Part shown: piece by piece, positions 1-13,332 of the stretch | How positions within the stretch are numbered: position 1 is the first letter of the stretch | Layout: every line of letters begins with the position of its first letter | Assembly: GCA_050273025.1 (NCBI GenBank) | Contig: CP158635.1 | Location: forward strand, 18,042,001-18,106,000 | Direction: 5' to 3' | DNA: 64,000 nucleotides | Source of the DNA: Cenococcum geophilum | Lineage: Eukaryota | Program-made: the position numbers and the translations under genes | The notes under the pieces: generated by a model | The model's input: the letters and a program-made list of their open reading frames with translations, nothing else | Database searches by the model: none | What the model was told of the DNA's origin: nothing

Positions 1-279
1 TATTAAATAAGAGGAATATAAGAAACTTATATACCTTATATATAACACGTATATTACGTATAAGAAGGATTTCTTAGGAGTATAGTTATATATTTAAAGG
101 ACTATAGTCCCTACCTAGATAGTTCCTTTCTTATAGTAATTCTTAGAATATAATTAGAGTTAATCTATTAGGCAACTACTCCACTAGTTATTATTACATT
201 ATTAACTTTATTTATATCACCTATATATTTAGCCTATTAATAGGACCTACCGTAGTTCTTACTATAAGGTTCCATTATA
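1..279 (+). mobile_element. Right part of a Gypsy family-A LTR (A0-type), inserted into the integrase region of the outer family-A element
   Basis: Matches the reverse complement of LTRs 12152-12572 and 60075-60495 and ends ...aaggttccattata (RIP form of ggttccgttaca). The host integrase resumes at 280 with cgtacggcttatacc. The left end lies outside the window. Confidence 0.85.
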
Positions 280-3060
280 CGTACGGCTTATACCTTATTA
301 GTTTATTCCTTTAACAATCTAAATACTCTTTTATTACTTTCTTAGCTATACCTTAGATTCCGTTAATAATATATTCCTCTTAAAGTCTTAACACTAAGCC
401 TATTACTCTATTATGTCCTTAAGTTATTCCCTTATAAAAATCTTTTATAAAATACTCTACTATACTTCTTAGGATATACTTTACTTCTTAATTTTTATAT
501 ATATCTATCTATAAATCTTTTAGCTATATTTTTAGAATTCTTTATACCTAAAAGCTCTTTAGTATCTTATAGACTCTTTCTAGTTCTTTATCCTCTTAAG
601 TTGCTGCTAGCTTAGGGTAATTATATCTAATTAATCCGTTATTATCTCTGTGTAGTATTACTCCTAATAGTTTTTTTATCGTTTTATAATTCAGCCTTTT
701 TACTTAGCGCATCTGCCTTTATATTCTTAGTACCTTTAGTATACTAAATTTTAAAATAGTATTCTATAAGCATCTCTGCCCATCTAACCTACCTCTAATT
801 AAGTTCTTTTATTATTAGGAACCCTATTAAGTTCTTATAATCTATTTTAACTATAAATAGTTTTTCTATACCTTATAAGAATACTCTTTATTTCTTAAGT
901 ACTATAACTATACCTAATAACTCCTTATTATAAATATTATAGTTTAACTCTAGTAGTGTTATCTTCTAACTATAATATGCTACTAGATGCTATATATTCC
1001 TATACTTTTATAGCAAATATACTCCTAGTATAAAGTCTAATATATCCGTTTCTACAACTATATTTAGTCCTAGTTAATAGATTTTAAGGATTAACTCCTA
1101 GGTAAATAACTCCTTAAGTTCTTTCAATAGCTTTTTTTATTCCTCTTTCTTTATAAGCCTAGTAAATAGTTTAATGTTTTTTAACTGCTATGCTATAAAC
1201 CTCCTATAGTAGTTATAAACCCCTAAAAATAACCTTAACTGCGTTACGTTTTCTAGTTCTTACTAACTTACTATAGCTTTAATCTTCTTTAGGTCCATAC
1301 TAATATAATCTAATTTAATAATAAATTTAATAAAATTAGTCTTCCTTATAAAGAACTTATATTTCTTAATTACTACTAGCCTTTATTCTTCTTATAGTCT
1401 CTTTAAAACCTATTTAACGTATTCTCCGTATTCTTCCTTAGTTATTAAGTAGATAATAATATTGTTAAGGTATACCATAATAAACTTATTAAGGTGTTCT
1501 CCTAATATACTATTAATTCTCTTTTAAAACGTTACTAGTATATTTATTAACCCGAATTGCATAACTAATAGTTTATATAGTCCTTCTTTTAACCTAAAAA
1601 CTGCCTTTTATTTATCGCCTTCCTTAATTCTAATCTAATAGTACGCCTATCTTAGATTTATCTTTATAAAGATTTATACATTACCTATCTAATCCTAAAT
1701 TTTGCTAATTAAGGGTAAAGAATACCTATCCTTCTAAGTAATGCTATTTAACTATTTATAGTTAATATATAGTCTAAGTTTTCCGTTCTTCTTTAGTATA
1801 AATAGTACTAAATAACCTACTAATAACTATAATGGTTTAATATATCCCTTTTATAGGTTTTCTTAGACAAACTCTTTAAGTGCTCTTAACTCCTCTTAGG
1901 TAAGCTTATAGGTTAAAAAGAACCTTAGACTTATTCCTAGTTCTAACTCTATTTTATAGTCCTATACTATATAATCTACCAGCTTTTTACTTTCTAGGCT
2001 CTATAGCTTCTTACCGTATTTATAGTATCTCTTTAGTATATAACTTAAGCCTCGCTTAGTCTCTTTATATATTACTCCAACTTAGTACTATACTAACTTA
2101 ATTTACTATTATATTTTACGTTATTAAGTATCCCTAATATTAACCTAACCTATAATCTAATTAATCTTTAGATTATATTCCTATAACTAAGGTATTTCTA
2201 ATACTACCTTATCTCGTCCTAATAGTAGGATATTAAAAGACATTTTAATTTATCTCCCTTTAATAGTTATCTAAATAGGTCCTATTTTAAGGTTAATAAT
2301 GCCTCCTCTATAGGCTATTAGATCTCCTAAAATTATAACTAATAGGTAAAATTGCTTCTTCTATCTATAAGGTAATCCTATTCTTTTAACTACTATTAGT
2401 AAGATATAGTTTCTTATTACTCTACTATCTATTAGTGCTTTAAACTGTTAATCTTGCTAATTAACTTATAAATTTAGGTATTATCCTTAAATTCCTTTAA
2501 GGGTCTAAGGCTCTATTACTAGCTCCCTTTAATCCTATAAGCCTCTACTTTTCCTAACTATTAGCCGTTTAATCCTTATATACTTAGCTCTCTCTTTAGC
2601 TAATACCTAGTTTGTTTTTTATCCTTAATATACTATAGATATATATTCTCTAGGTATTCCCACTACTATTATCTGTTTAAGTATTCTTTTATAAGGAATC
2701 TTTTTAGTTAAAGTATTAAGTCTTCTAACTCCTAAACTTTTACTAAATGCTATCTATGTATATACTTAGCATTCCTATATTATTGCTTATCTAGCGCCTA
2801 ATATATTCTTATAAAGTACTTCTAATTCTTTTCTTTTAGATTCTTATATGTATCGTATATATTACCTACGCATGCTATCTATAATAACGTATAGTATGCT
2901 AAGTGCTTTAGGTTAACTCTTAACTTATCTTTATTCTTAAGTTTAAACCTCTACTATACTAATCTAAACGTTATAACTTTATTCGTAGGTACTAAGATAC
3001 ACCTCTTACTTCTCTAGTCCTCTCATTATTCCTCTAAATCCTTTAACGTTATAATTAAGG

Positions 3061-3187
3061 TGTAAGGTGATAAGCTCCGCACTATTTAGCCATATAAACT
3101 CACAAAAGGTAAACGAGTAACTGGCTTAACGCCAGGCACGGCTGTGCGGAATAATATATATAGGCGAGGTGACTTCGTCACCTAATA
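3061..3187. mobile_element. 127-bp solo LTR (unrelated family)
   Basis: TSD taagg at 3056-3060 and 3188-3192. Ends tgtaaggtga...tcacctaata form an imperfect inverted repeat. The empty site ataattaaggctccttt is seen in A0 at ~23481. Confidence 0.8.
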
Positions 3188-5400
3188 TAAGGCTCCTTTA
3201 ATATAACTTATTGCCTTTTCTATAATAGGGTGGTTTTAAATAACTTACTTATTTAACTATATATAGAAATCTTCCTACTTATTATTATATCGTTGCCTAT
3301 ACTACTTTTAGTACAGCTACTAAAGTATATACGGCTTATCTGTAAAGAAGTATCTTCTTATTACTATATTATAATAGCCCTTTATATATTATTCCTTAAA
3401 CCTAGTTAAAATTCCTAAATCCTCTTTGTTTTCTAGTTTAGTAAGCTATTTAGCTCTTAGCGTGCCTACCCTAGGCCTATTAGTAATTCTTTATATAGGT
3501 GCTTTATCCCTTGTATAACCTAATATACTAATTTTTTAATCTAGTTTCTATTCTTGCTATACGAGAATTCTCTATCTAAATTCCTCTATATTTTCTTTTG
3601 GTTTTTGCCTTATAAGTAGATTCTTAAAGTCTCCTTACTTCTTAATCTTAGTTTGTTTAATAGTCTTAATTTATATCTAGAAATCTTAGTCCTATAGAAA
3701 TCTTAATCCTAAGCTTACTTCTATCTTAAGCTTAGCTCTAGCCTTAGTTTAACTAGGCTTTTATAATATTCTTATCTTATCTTAAGAATCTTATACCTTT
3801 AGGAAACTTCGTCCTAAGCTTATTTATATATTACTAAACTAAGCCGTTACTCTACTCTATTGGTTGTTATCTATTATAGGTCCTTAAGCATATCTTATTT
3901 TATCTTAAGAATCTTAAGCGTCTCTTATCTTGTCTTAAGAATCTTAAGCCTTTAGCCTTTTACCTTTATTAAGTGCTAAAGTAGTTTACTATCCTACTTC
4001 TTTTACGTCTTATAAAGCGATAGATATTATATCTAGTAGGGTCTTAATCCCTACTAATATTTCCTGTTTTATAGTAGAATTATCTTTTACCTCTTTTATA
4101 ATATCTCTAAGATCTATATACTTTTAGTAAGCTGCCTTTATTACCTTATTATTACTAAATATTTCGCCTATATTAAATTTATTATCCTTAATATCTAATT
4201 TATAAGATAGTTTATTAGTTCCTCTAAACTTTAATAATTTTAGCTCCTATAGCTAATAGCTTACGCTATACTTAGCGTCCTTATAAATTTAGTATATGTT
4301 ATTATAATAAAATGTAAAACTCTTAATTAAATATTCTTTAGTTCCTTATAATATACTATTATCCCTTTATATATATCTCTCTCTTCTACTAGTCTTGTTC
4401 TTTTTACTATATAGTAACTCTAACTACTCTTATAGTCTCTAATAAAATAACCTTATTTTTTATAATTTATATAAGCCCCTTTTTTAAACCATTTTTCTTA
4501 TTATAGAGTCCGTCTAAACGTCTTCTGCTATTAAAATCCCTAATTTAGCCTCTACTCCTTAGTCCTATAATTATTTAATCCTTAACCTCTAAGTTTCTAT
4601 AGTTATCTATTTTACTTTTTAGATTCTTTAGTACCGCTTAGGTCTATTAACTCTACGCTATACTATAGTTTCTAACTTTAACTCTATTACTGCGCGCCTT
4701 ACGCCTTATATAACTATAAAACTCTATCCTAACCCTTCTTAGTCTGCTCTCTTTAGTAAATCCTATTATTAATCTTAATTACTTAATTAATTAATTTCCT
4801 AAAAGTATCCGCATTTTCTATTAAGATAATTATGTCCTAAACTTTTGCCTTAAGTCCTTATTTATACTATACTATAAGCGTCTTATTGTTTTATTTAACT
4901 TATATAGCCAATATTTAAAACTGCGTTATATACTTAATTACTAAAGTCCTTTATACTAGTTTTTAAAGTTTTTATTCCGCTGTAGTAGTTACCTCTAGGT
5001 CTTTAAATATCTATATTAAGCGTTCTGTAAACCCGCTCTAACTTAAGAACATATATTATGCCTTCTAGTTAGTAATTATTATACTATATTTCTATACCTC
5101 TATAAGGTAAGATTTAAACTACTTAAGTGCCCTTTCTATTAAGAATAATCCTATATAAGCGACTTAATCTATAGGCGTCCCTAGTTTTACTCCTTTCTAT
5201 ATAACCTTAAAGTGCATTTATATAAGGAATCCTTTAAGTTTTAACTTCTTCCCTAAGAATCGCTTAATTAAGGGTAACTTAACCTTAGCTACTCTAATTC
5301 TATTAATTCTTTCTTTAAATATCCTATTATTGTCTATTAATTAATTAACTATTTCCTATAGCTATCTAACAGTAACTAGCTAAAAGTTAGTATTTATTAT

Positions 5401-8400
5401 TGTTGGTATGCTTTAACAATGTGCAGAATACATATATTACAATGATATGTACTATGCGGTGTTGTTAGTAGATTGTTCTTTTTCTACTTACGACGCGCGT
5501 TACATATATATATTGGGCGCGTCCTGCCATGTTCTGCCATGTTCTGCCACCTCGCCATTAGCTTACTTACCACTAGCGTGTTAGCTATGTCCTGCTATAT
5601 TCTGCCATATTCTGCTACTATACTATTAGTTTGCTTACCACTAGCGCATTAGCCGTCCTTATGATATATCTAACGCTTCTAGCTATACTAGGAGTACTTT
5701 AGAAAATATAAAGAACTAGTAGGCTATAACTATATAGTCCAAGAAATCCATATACGCACTTCTCCTCCCTTCCTTCCCTACCCTATGCCTCTAAATTAAC
5801 GCTATTATTAGTAGAACGTTCTACCCATTCTACCGTCTCTAACTTAATTCGGTTTATATTAATAAGTCGCTTAAGGGCTAATAACGGTTTGCTTTTAGTC
5901 ATAGCGTCTACAGGGTTGCTGTCTCCGTTAATCCACTTAACTTTAGCTATTTTATGTCTTTTGTATAACTGGCGTAGGCATATAACATTAATTATAAGTC
6001 TCTTCTCCTATGTTATTCCTAGCTTGATAAGGCATTTATAAATTAACTTAGAATCAGTATAAAGGATAAGCAGTAGGCTGATGTTAAGTTATAGTTTAAC
6101 TATAGCCTTAATTGTAGCGCCGATATCGAAACTATAGGCTATAGCGTATAATTCGGAGGCTAGTACGCTTCTAGTGACTCTTTTACACTTAACTAAGGAC
6201 TAGTAAACGATGTTCGCCTTATTTAATAAGTCTACTAGTATTAGGATATATCTAATTTATAATAAGAGGTCCTTATTATTTATAAATAAGGAATTAGTGA
6301 ATATAAGTAGTTAAAGTATCTCTATATTAAGTTTAACAAAGCTTAAACCTCTTATTAAGTTTTTAATTTGCCACTAAATTCTCTTATTAAGTAGTTTTGT
6401 GTCTTTCTCGTTAGGGTTAATTACCTAGGCAGCGTAGAATAAATTAAAAGAAGCTTTAGGCTAGCATACGGACGCAATATAAGCTCCTCTTGCTTATTAG
6501 GCGACGTATTAGTCCTTAGATATAAGTGCCGTATAAATAATACCTCTAAAGCTAGTTGTTATAATAGCTTCCTTAATATTAACAAGGGTTAGGTTCTAGT
6601 ATTGGCGCTCCTATATAAGTGTAATTGTATAGTCCTGTTGTTAAATAATGCCTCCATTAAACTTAATTGGGTGCTTTAGTATAAGGTACTCGCGTTCCTT
6701 AGTTAGAAACTTCACTTTCTTAATCTTTTCTTATTCTAAAGCTGTAAAAACCAAATTAGCTAAGAAGAGGGTATTATTAGTTTAAAGGCCAACTATTCTA
6801 AAGCTTATAGAATTATTAAGGTGGAATAAGCAGGGGTCATAAGTAGATTGGTTTATATTCAACTCCTTAGTATAGTAGTTGTAATAGATCTTAAACCAAT
6901 AATTGCCTACTTCTAGGATACCGTATAAAGGTCTAATGATCTTAAGGATTGTGCCTTGTAAGACTCTAAGTACTATACTAAGTTTAAGAGGTGCTCGGAT
7001 ATAGAAGTCTTAATTTAGTTTTATAATTAACTAAACGTAGGCTTATAAGATATCTTATAAGTAAAGGTATATATCGTTAGTCTAGGTTATAGCCGTAATA
7101 TAGAGAATAAGGCGTTAGCTGACTCGTTAAATTATAGGTGATTAGGTTAGTATAAGGTCTTTTTCTAAGTCATTATAGGCCTGTATAACTAGTCTTAATT
7201 TCTTAAAGGCCTTATTAGTACTGGGATTCTTAATTTTATTAACAAATCTAGAGTTAAATACTCTATTGCCTTAAGGTACGTCCTTAATATTAACTAATTT
7301 AAAGACTCCTTTCTTAAGTAGTCCTTTAACCTCTTTCTGTTGTAAGGCTATAAACTAACTATTAGTCTTATTCTTATCTTATAAGTATATAGATATATTT
7401 ATAGTATTAACTATAATAGGATACTTGCGTAGTCTGCCTTATCCTCACTTAACTAGTTAAGGTTCCTAAGGTAGTTCCATAATTAACTAAGGTAGTTCGT
7501 TCTCATTATTAGGTTATACGTCCTCTATATCTCTAGGTTCTTACAAGTATAGTTTTATAACTATACTACGAAAGTTAATAGGGCCGTGGGGGAGTTATAT
7601 AGTATAGGTCTTATTATTAATACTAAGTAGATTATAGGGACCTAACTAGAAACCAGGCTGGCCTATAGGTCCTTCTCTCTATGCCAGTATAAGTAAGTTA
7701 AGTGGTAGGTTATAAATTACGGTTGTTTTAAGGCCGTTGCGCATATTAAGAGCATTTACTACTTAACGTTCGGCTCTAATCTTCTTAACTTCTTCTATGG
7801 CTTTCTTAAGGGCTGTAGCTTGTTGTGCAACTATAGGGTTAGGTGCATTAGATTCTACTATGCGCGGGTAAGCTCCAAATACTAGTAAGGTGGGTATAAG
7901 GCCGTTAGGGCCTACTAAATTATTAATTGCCTTAAAAGCTATTTATAGAGCTATATCTTTATTAATATCTAGTAGTTCCGTGGTAATAATATGGTATATA
8001 CAGCGAAGGGGACCATAATAGCGTTCTACCATTCTAATTAAGTTATGGGCTTTAACGGGTATACTTTTTGTAATTGTTCCAAATATTATAGCGTACTACT
8101 TAAATTCCTTACTTATAAAGTTCTTGCCTGCATTATATATAATTATATTAGGAGGTCCCAAATATATATTAATCCAGCACATTCGTAGTATATCCCATAT
8201 GTGTTTAGCGCTAATGCTTTATAGTTATCTACTAGCTTAAAATCGTGTTCCTTTATTAACAATATATAAAAGGGGTGCGCCGTTAATATATATAATATTA
8301 ACCACGATTAAGTAGTTAAAATTAATATTATTATATATTGTAAATCTGAATCTGCTAGGTGATTTTCCGTATTTTTAATAATAATGGCAGTAGCGTGTAA

Positions 8401-11265
8401 GATGGTCTAAGGTCTTACTGTTAACGTTATATCCTAAGCGCTTAAGTACTCGCGTAAGGCGCTTAACTAAAGGGTAGCTAAAACGGCGATATAGTCGTTT
8501 CAGTTCCACATTAGTTAAATAGCAAGGGTTTTACTTAAATAACTCAGTTAAATAAGTACATAGGGATATATTCTAAAGTAGGAAAGGGTAGCCAAAATAA
8601 TATACGACTGGTACTATACTGCGAGATATAACTAGCAAGTTCTTTAAGTTGTTAAAATATACTTATAGGTAGTCTATATCTACTAAGTAAAGTAAAAACG
8701 GGGTATTAACCTTAATAATATAAAACTCAATTATGCTAATAGGGGTAGCCACTTTAGCTAATCTAATTAATAAGGTTAATCTAATACCGAATTATACGTT
8801 AACTATGCCTTACGTAGTTATATTAAGTTATATATTAGTATTAAGTCTTTAAAATACTAAGAACTAACTATATTCTGCTGTAGAGCGTTTAGAGGCTTCT
8901 GTATTAATTAGAATACCTAGAAAGCGGTCTATAGTATAGCGGGACGTAGTTGTGTTATAAGTAAATAGGTCTTCGTTAGTTATAAAAGGTATTTATATAA
9001 AAGGAGTTACGCTATCTATAGTTGTAACTAAATAACTAAAGGCCTTATTTGCTAGGTTAGCAGCTATAAGGGTTGCTTCCTATTGCTTAACTTAACCAAA
9101 GGATATATAGAAGTAATTAATATGCAACTAATTGTTCTGGTTAACTGTCTTAGTACTTATATTAATAGTTAGTGTATAAAAGACTTCTTTAAGTTCTTCT
9201 TCTGAGTTAATACCATTATTGTCCTTATAGTCGGCGATGTATTAATTAAGGCGTTAAGTAAAGCAATTATTAAACTTGTTAAACTTGTCCTTATTAATAC
9301 TTCTAAACTAAGCCTTCGCCTCTTCTTATTCTTCCTTATTATGCTTTTATAAGCGATAGTCCTCCTTATTATATACAAAGCAACGTAGTTTATGTTAAGG
9401 AGGGAATTAAGGTCGATTACGATTGCGATTTTGGTTATAGTTATCTCTCCTTCTAAGGTATCGGCGGTCTATATAATAGGCTTAAACTTATTCTAAGTTC
9501 TGCTTTTTATAAGCTGTAATTAAGGATTGTAGTTTATTAATAAGGGGGCCTAGTTTATCTAGTAGATCTAATACAGTAATTTAATATACGGGAATCCCCT
9601 AATAAGATGTAATAAGCTTATTGTAGAGAAATAGGACTCCTTATAGTTCTAAATTCAGTCTATGCTATAGTTAAGAGAGTTTAGTAACTAGTATCTAAAG
9701 ATATTAACTAGTTGATTTGTCCGCATTCTTTTATATAACTATCTATAGTAATATTAAATTCTATTTATTAAGGCTTTTGCGTTTAGAACTAGGTCTTTTA
9801 AAGAAGCTATAAAGTAACCTACAAGCGTCCTTAAACATAAGTATAGCAAGTCTAGTATTATAGTAGTAATCTAGAGCTAGGCCTTATAGCATAAGTGGGA
9901 GAGCCTTAAGGTAGGCATTGGGTAGAACGTCTGCTCTGTTATAGATATTATAGAAGATTATTAACTTAAAGTTAAAGTTTTCGCTAGTACCACTGTATTT
10001 CTAGTCGTCCGTATATAACTTAGCTGTATTTACTAGTTCCTTTCCATACCCTAGTATAGAAGTAGGTGCTATAGTAATGGGTATAGTAGTAGTAGGTGTT
10101 GTGGCCTGCGGAGGTAGGAGTAGTAGACTTAGAGGCGGAGTTATTTGAGACATTAGTGGAGTCGTTATAGGTATGCTTTTAGGTATTAATTAAGGTATAA
10201 GGGTTTATGTAGTCTTATATTTTAAGCCGCATATAAATACGTTGGTAAGTATATTAGACTTAAAGGTGCCATTAAATTACTCCTTATAGGCTTTATTAAA
10301 TTCTTCTTGGCTCTATTTGTATTAAGTTTCTTTAAGTAGTATATTAGCCAAAACTTATGCAAGCTTAGTACGTTTATCGTTCTTATATACATATACTCCT
10401 CCTTTGCGAAAAAGGAGGAAAAGATTCTTAAGGGTTTTAGTGCTAGCTTAAGAGAATATATCTATAATAAACTCTTTAAAGTCTTTTTAAAAGTAGTCCT
10501 ATAAAGCGCTGTTAATAGAGTTGTTGTTATTATATTCCTATATCTTGAACTAAATATAGTTTATAATATTATCGTTAGTCGCAGTTTATATGTTAATTCT
10601 ATTCTTCCATTGCTCTACCTCTGCCTTCCAGTTTATAGGTATAGCCATCTTATCTGGTTATAAAGAGGTTGTTAATAGAGGGTGTTGGTATTTATAGAGA
10701 GAGAGTGTTTATAGTATTTGTAAGGAGGGAGAAAGGGTAGTTAACACAAGTTGTTAAAAACTTAACTTTTAATAAGGTAGGAAGCAATATCCTTCCAAAT
10801 CTAGAGTGTATTATTTGATTCTTAGTAGTAATAAGGGTCTATAGGTAATGGCAAGCTATTAAGCTTCTAGATTATCCTTAGTACTCTCTTTAACTAAAAT
10901 AAGGCCGTTGTAAGGTGGAGCGTTAGACGTCTTCTAAACTAATACGTATTTCCTAATCTATGCGCGCTTACTAATTAGTGTTGGTATGCTTTAATAACGT
11001 GCAGAATATATATATTACAATGATATGTACTATGCGGTGTTATTAGTAGATTGTTCTTTTTTTACTTATAACGCGCGTCACATATATATATTAGGCGCGT
11101 CCTACTATATTCTGCCATATTCTACCACCTCGCCATTAGCTCGCTTACTACTAGTGTGTTAGCCGTGTCCTGCCATATTCTGCCATATTCTGCTACCGCA
11201 CTATTAGTTTGCTTACTACTAGCGCGTTAGCCGTCCTTACGATATGTCCAACGCTTCTAGCTATA
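5401..11265 (-). mobile_element. Copia (Ty1-like, probably GalEa-type) retrotransposon, RIP-degenerate
   Basis: 287-bp LTRs at 5401-5687 and 10979-11265, TSD attat (5396-5400, 11266-11270). Minus-strand order is gag, PR, IN, RT, RH, with an RNase H end resembling KWINGDSNP(A)DAMTK at ~5895-5940. Confidence 0.9.
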
Positions 11266-11438
11266 ATTATATTAGTATTGTTACCTAATCCTAATATAGT
11301 TACTGCCGTTAACGCTATTATAGCTACTACTTTTAGTAGCATATTATTTAACTTTATTAATACTATAACTTTAGTAATAAATATATAATAAAGCCTTATA
11401 GGAAATACTACGGTAGACTTATTAATAGGCTAAGTATA

Positions 11439-11820
11439 ACGTATTTTATAAGCGAAGTATTGACATAAGTAAGTTATCGAAACCAATTCCTTACCAAAAT
11501 TTATAAAATCTACAACGAAATATCTTAATAACGACTAGATAAAAAAACTCTAAAATTTTAGTAGATTATAAATATTAATTAGGAAAAGTAATTATTAAAT
11601 TTTTATAGGACAAAATCTTATAATTATTAAGATATTAAGTTTTAGTCTTTAAATATAAATAAAATATTATATCTTAATAACTAGTGGATTTATTAATTTG
11701 AAAAATTCAGAGTTTTTTATCTAGTCGTTGTTAAGATATTTCGTTGTGGATTTTATAGATTTTGGTAAGGAATTAGTTTCAATAACTTGCTTATATTAAT
11801 ACTTCGCTTATAAAATACGT
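11439..11820. mobile_element. 382-bp MITE, Tc1/mariner-pogo (Fot1/Pot2-like) type
   Basis: ~118-bp TIRs beginning acgtattttataagcgaagt and ending acttcgcttataaaatacgt, with TA on both sides (11437-38, 11821-22). Confidence 0.9.
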
Positions 11821-11822
11821 TA

Positions 11823-11993
11823 TCCCTTAACCTGCTGATTTGGGTCCTACGTTATCAATAAGAATCTGGCCAATAGGAAGCTCTTATTCGAGCCTCCGTA
11901 ATAAGAATTGCAGTAACCTAAGGTTCTTCGTACAGCTTAGTACGGTATTCATGCACAGTGCAGCTTGGCATTGCACCCCAGCGGGTTAAGGGA
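11823..11993. mobile_element. 171-bp MITE with 15-bp TIRs and TA TSD
   Basis: tcccttaacctgctg ... cagcgggttaaggga (one mismatch), flanked by TA (11821-22, 11994-95). Removing both MITEs restores the host LTR ggctaagtata-ggtaa. Confidence 0.8.
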
Positions 11994-12680
11994 TAGGTAA
12001 ATAAGAAGTTAATAACGTAATAATAACTAATAGAGTAGTTACCTAATAGATTAACTCTAATTATATTCTAAGATTTACTATAAAAAGAGAAACTATCTAT
12101 AAAGACTGTGTGTCCTTAAATATATAACTCCTCCCTATAGTAAAGGTTAAGTATAACGGAATCTTGTAGTAAGAACTATGGTGGGTCCTGTTAATAGGCT
12201 AGGTATATAGGTAATGCAAGTAAAGTTAATAATGTAATAATAACTGGTGGAGTAGTTGCCTAACAGATTAACTCTAATTATATTTTAAGAATTACTATAA
12301 GGAGGGACTATTTAGGTAGGGACTATAGTCCTTTAAATATATATCTTAACTCCTAAGAAATCCTTTTTATATATGATGTACGTATTATATATAAGGTACA
12401 TAAGTTTCTCCCATTTCTCTTATTCTATACATAGCACGTTATATAACTCGCTTACTATTCTTTATTATATAGTTCTACTAGTTTTATTTTAGACCGTGCC
12501 TATATTAACTAACTAGCTTCTTTTAACTCTTCTCTAAGTAGTTATAATATTATACTTAAAGCGTCTATAATACTATCTCCCTTCTTTTTATCTTTATTCT
12601 TAAAGATTTCTAATATTTCTAAGTTGTTTACTAGAGGTATAATATCTATTTAATTAATTTAGTTAATATTATTACTTATT

Positions 12681-13332
12681 ATACCTAAAGCATCTTTTTC
12701 TTTATACGCGTAATATTATACCCGCACTATTACTGCTATATTATTACTTAGTAAAATTATACTATCTCTATATTCTTATTATATGAAAGAGGGGTTAGTT
12801 TATATTATGCTAGCGAGTCTTTTATCTTAGCAACTATTCTCTTACTTAAAGTGCACTAAAGTAAATATTTATTCCTTTTATAACGTTTATTTTACTTTTA
12901 ACGCTAAGTATACGCGTCCTATAACTTTTAATAGTCTTTAAGTTTCCTAAGTAATTTATTATAGGGTCTTATGTTTAAACTATCGCTATAAAGCTAGACG
13001 GTAACCTAGCGTAGGCCCTTACTACGCTTAAGTGTTCTTAAGATATAGAATAGAAGTCCTTAGATACTTATATCGCGGCATTTACTTAGCTACTTTGTCT
13101 TAAGAAGGTACGCAAAAAGGTTTGCTTTAAGAAGTGGAAACTTATAGAATAAGGTCTATAGGAACTTAGTAATAAGAGGGCTAGTCTTCCTTTAACTAAA
13201 TGGGGGATAGCTCTAAATAGCTTAGTAGCTGTTCCTCCTAGGTCCCCCTTAGGTGACTTATTTTTTAACAATTTTTCTTTATTAATATTACCTAACCTAC
13301 TTTCTTTTAATACTCCTATACCTTTCCTATAG
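12681..13332 (+). pseudogene. Antisense ORF of Gypsy A0: spliced Zn2Cys6-like / coiled-coil protein (RIP-inactivated); exons 12681-12909 and 12965-13332
   Basis: The frame is continuous across a 55-bp (G>A)TACGC...ATAG intron. Internal stops are TAA/TAG, compatible with RIP of CAA/CAG (some possibly from CGA/CGG). De-RIPped motif is C-x2-C-x6-C-x13-C-x2-C-x8-C. The same 229-nt exon 1 occurs in A1 and A2. Confidence 0.75.

Noticed and set aside
11827..11989. piggyBac reading of the 171-bp MITE (TTAA-CC...GGG-TTAA)
   Set aside because: The inverted repeat extends beyond TTAA, and the host LTR is restored only when the element is excised at the TA dinucleotides.
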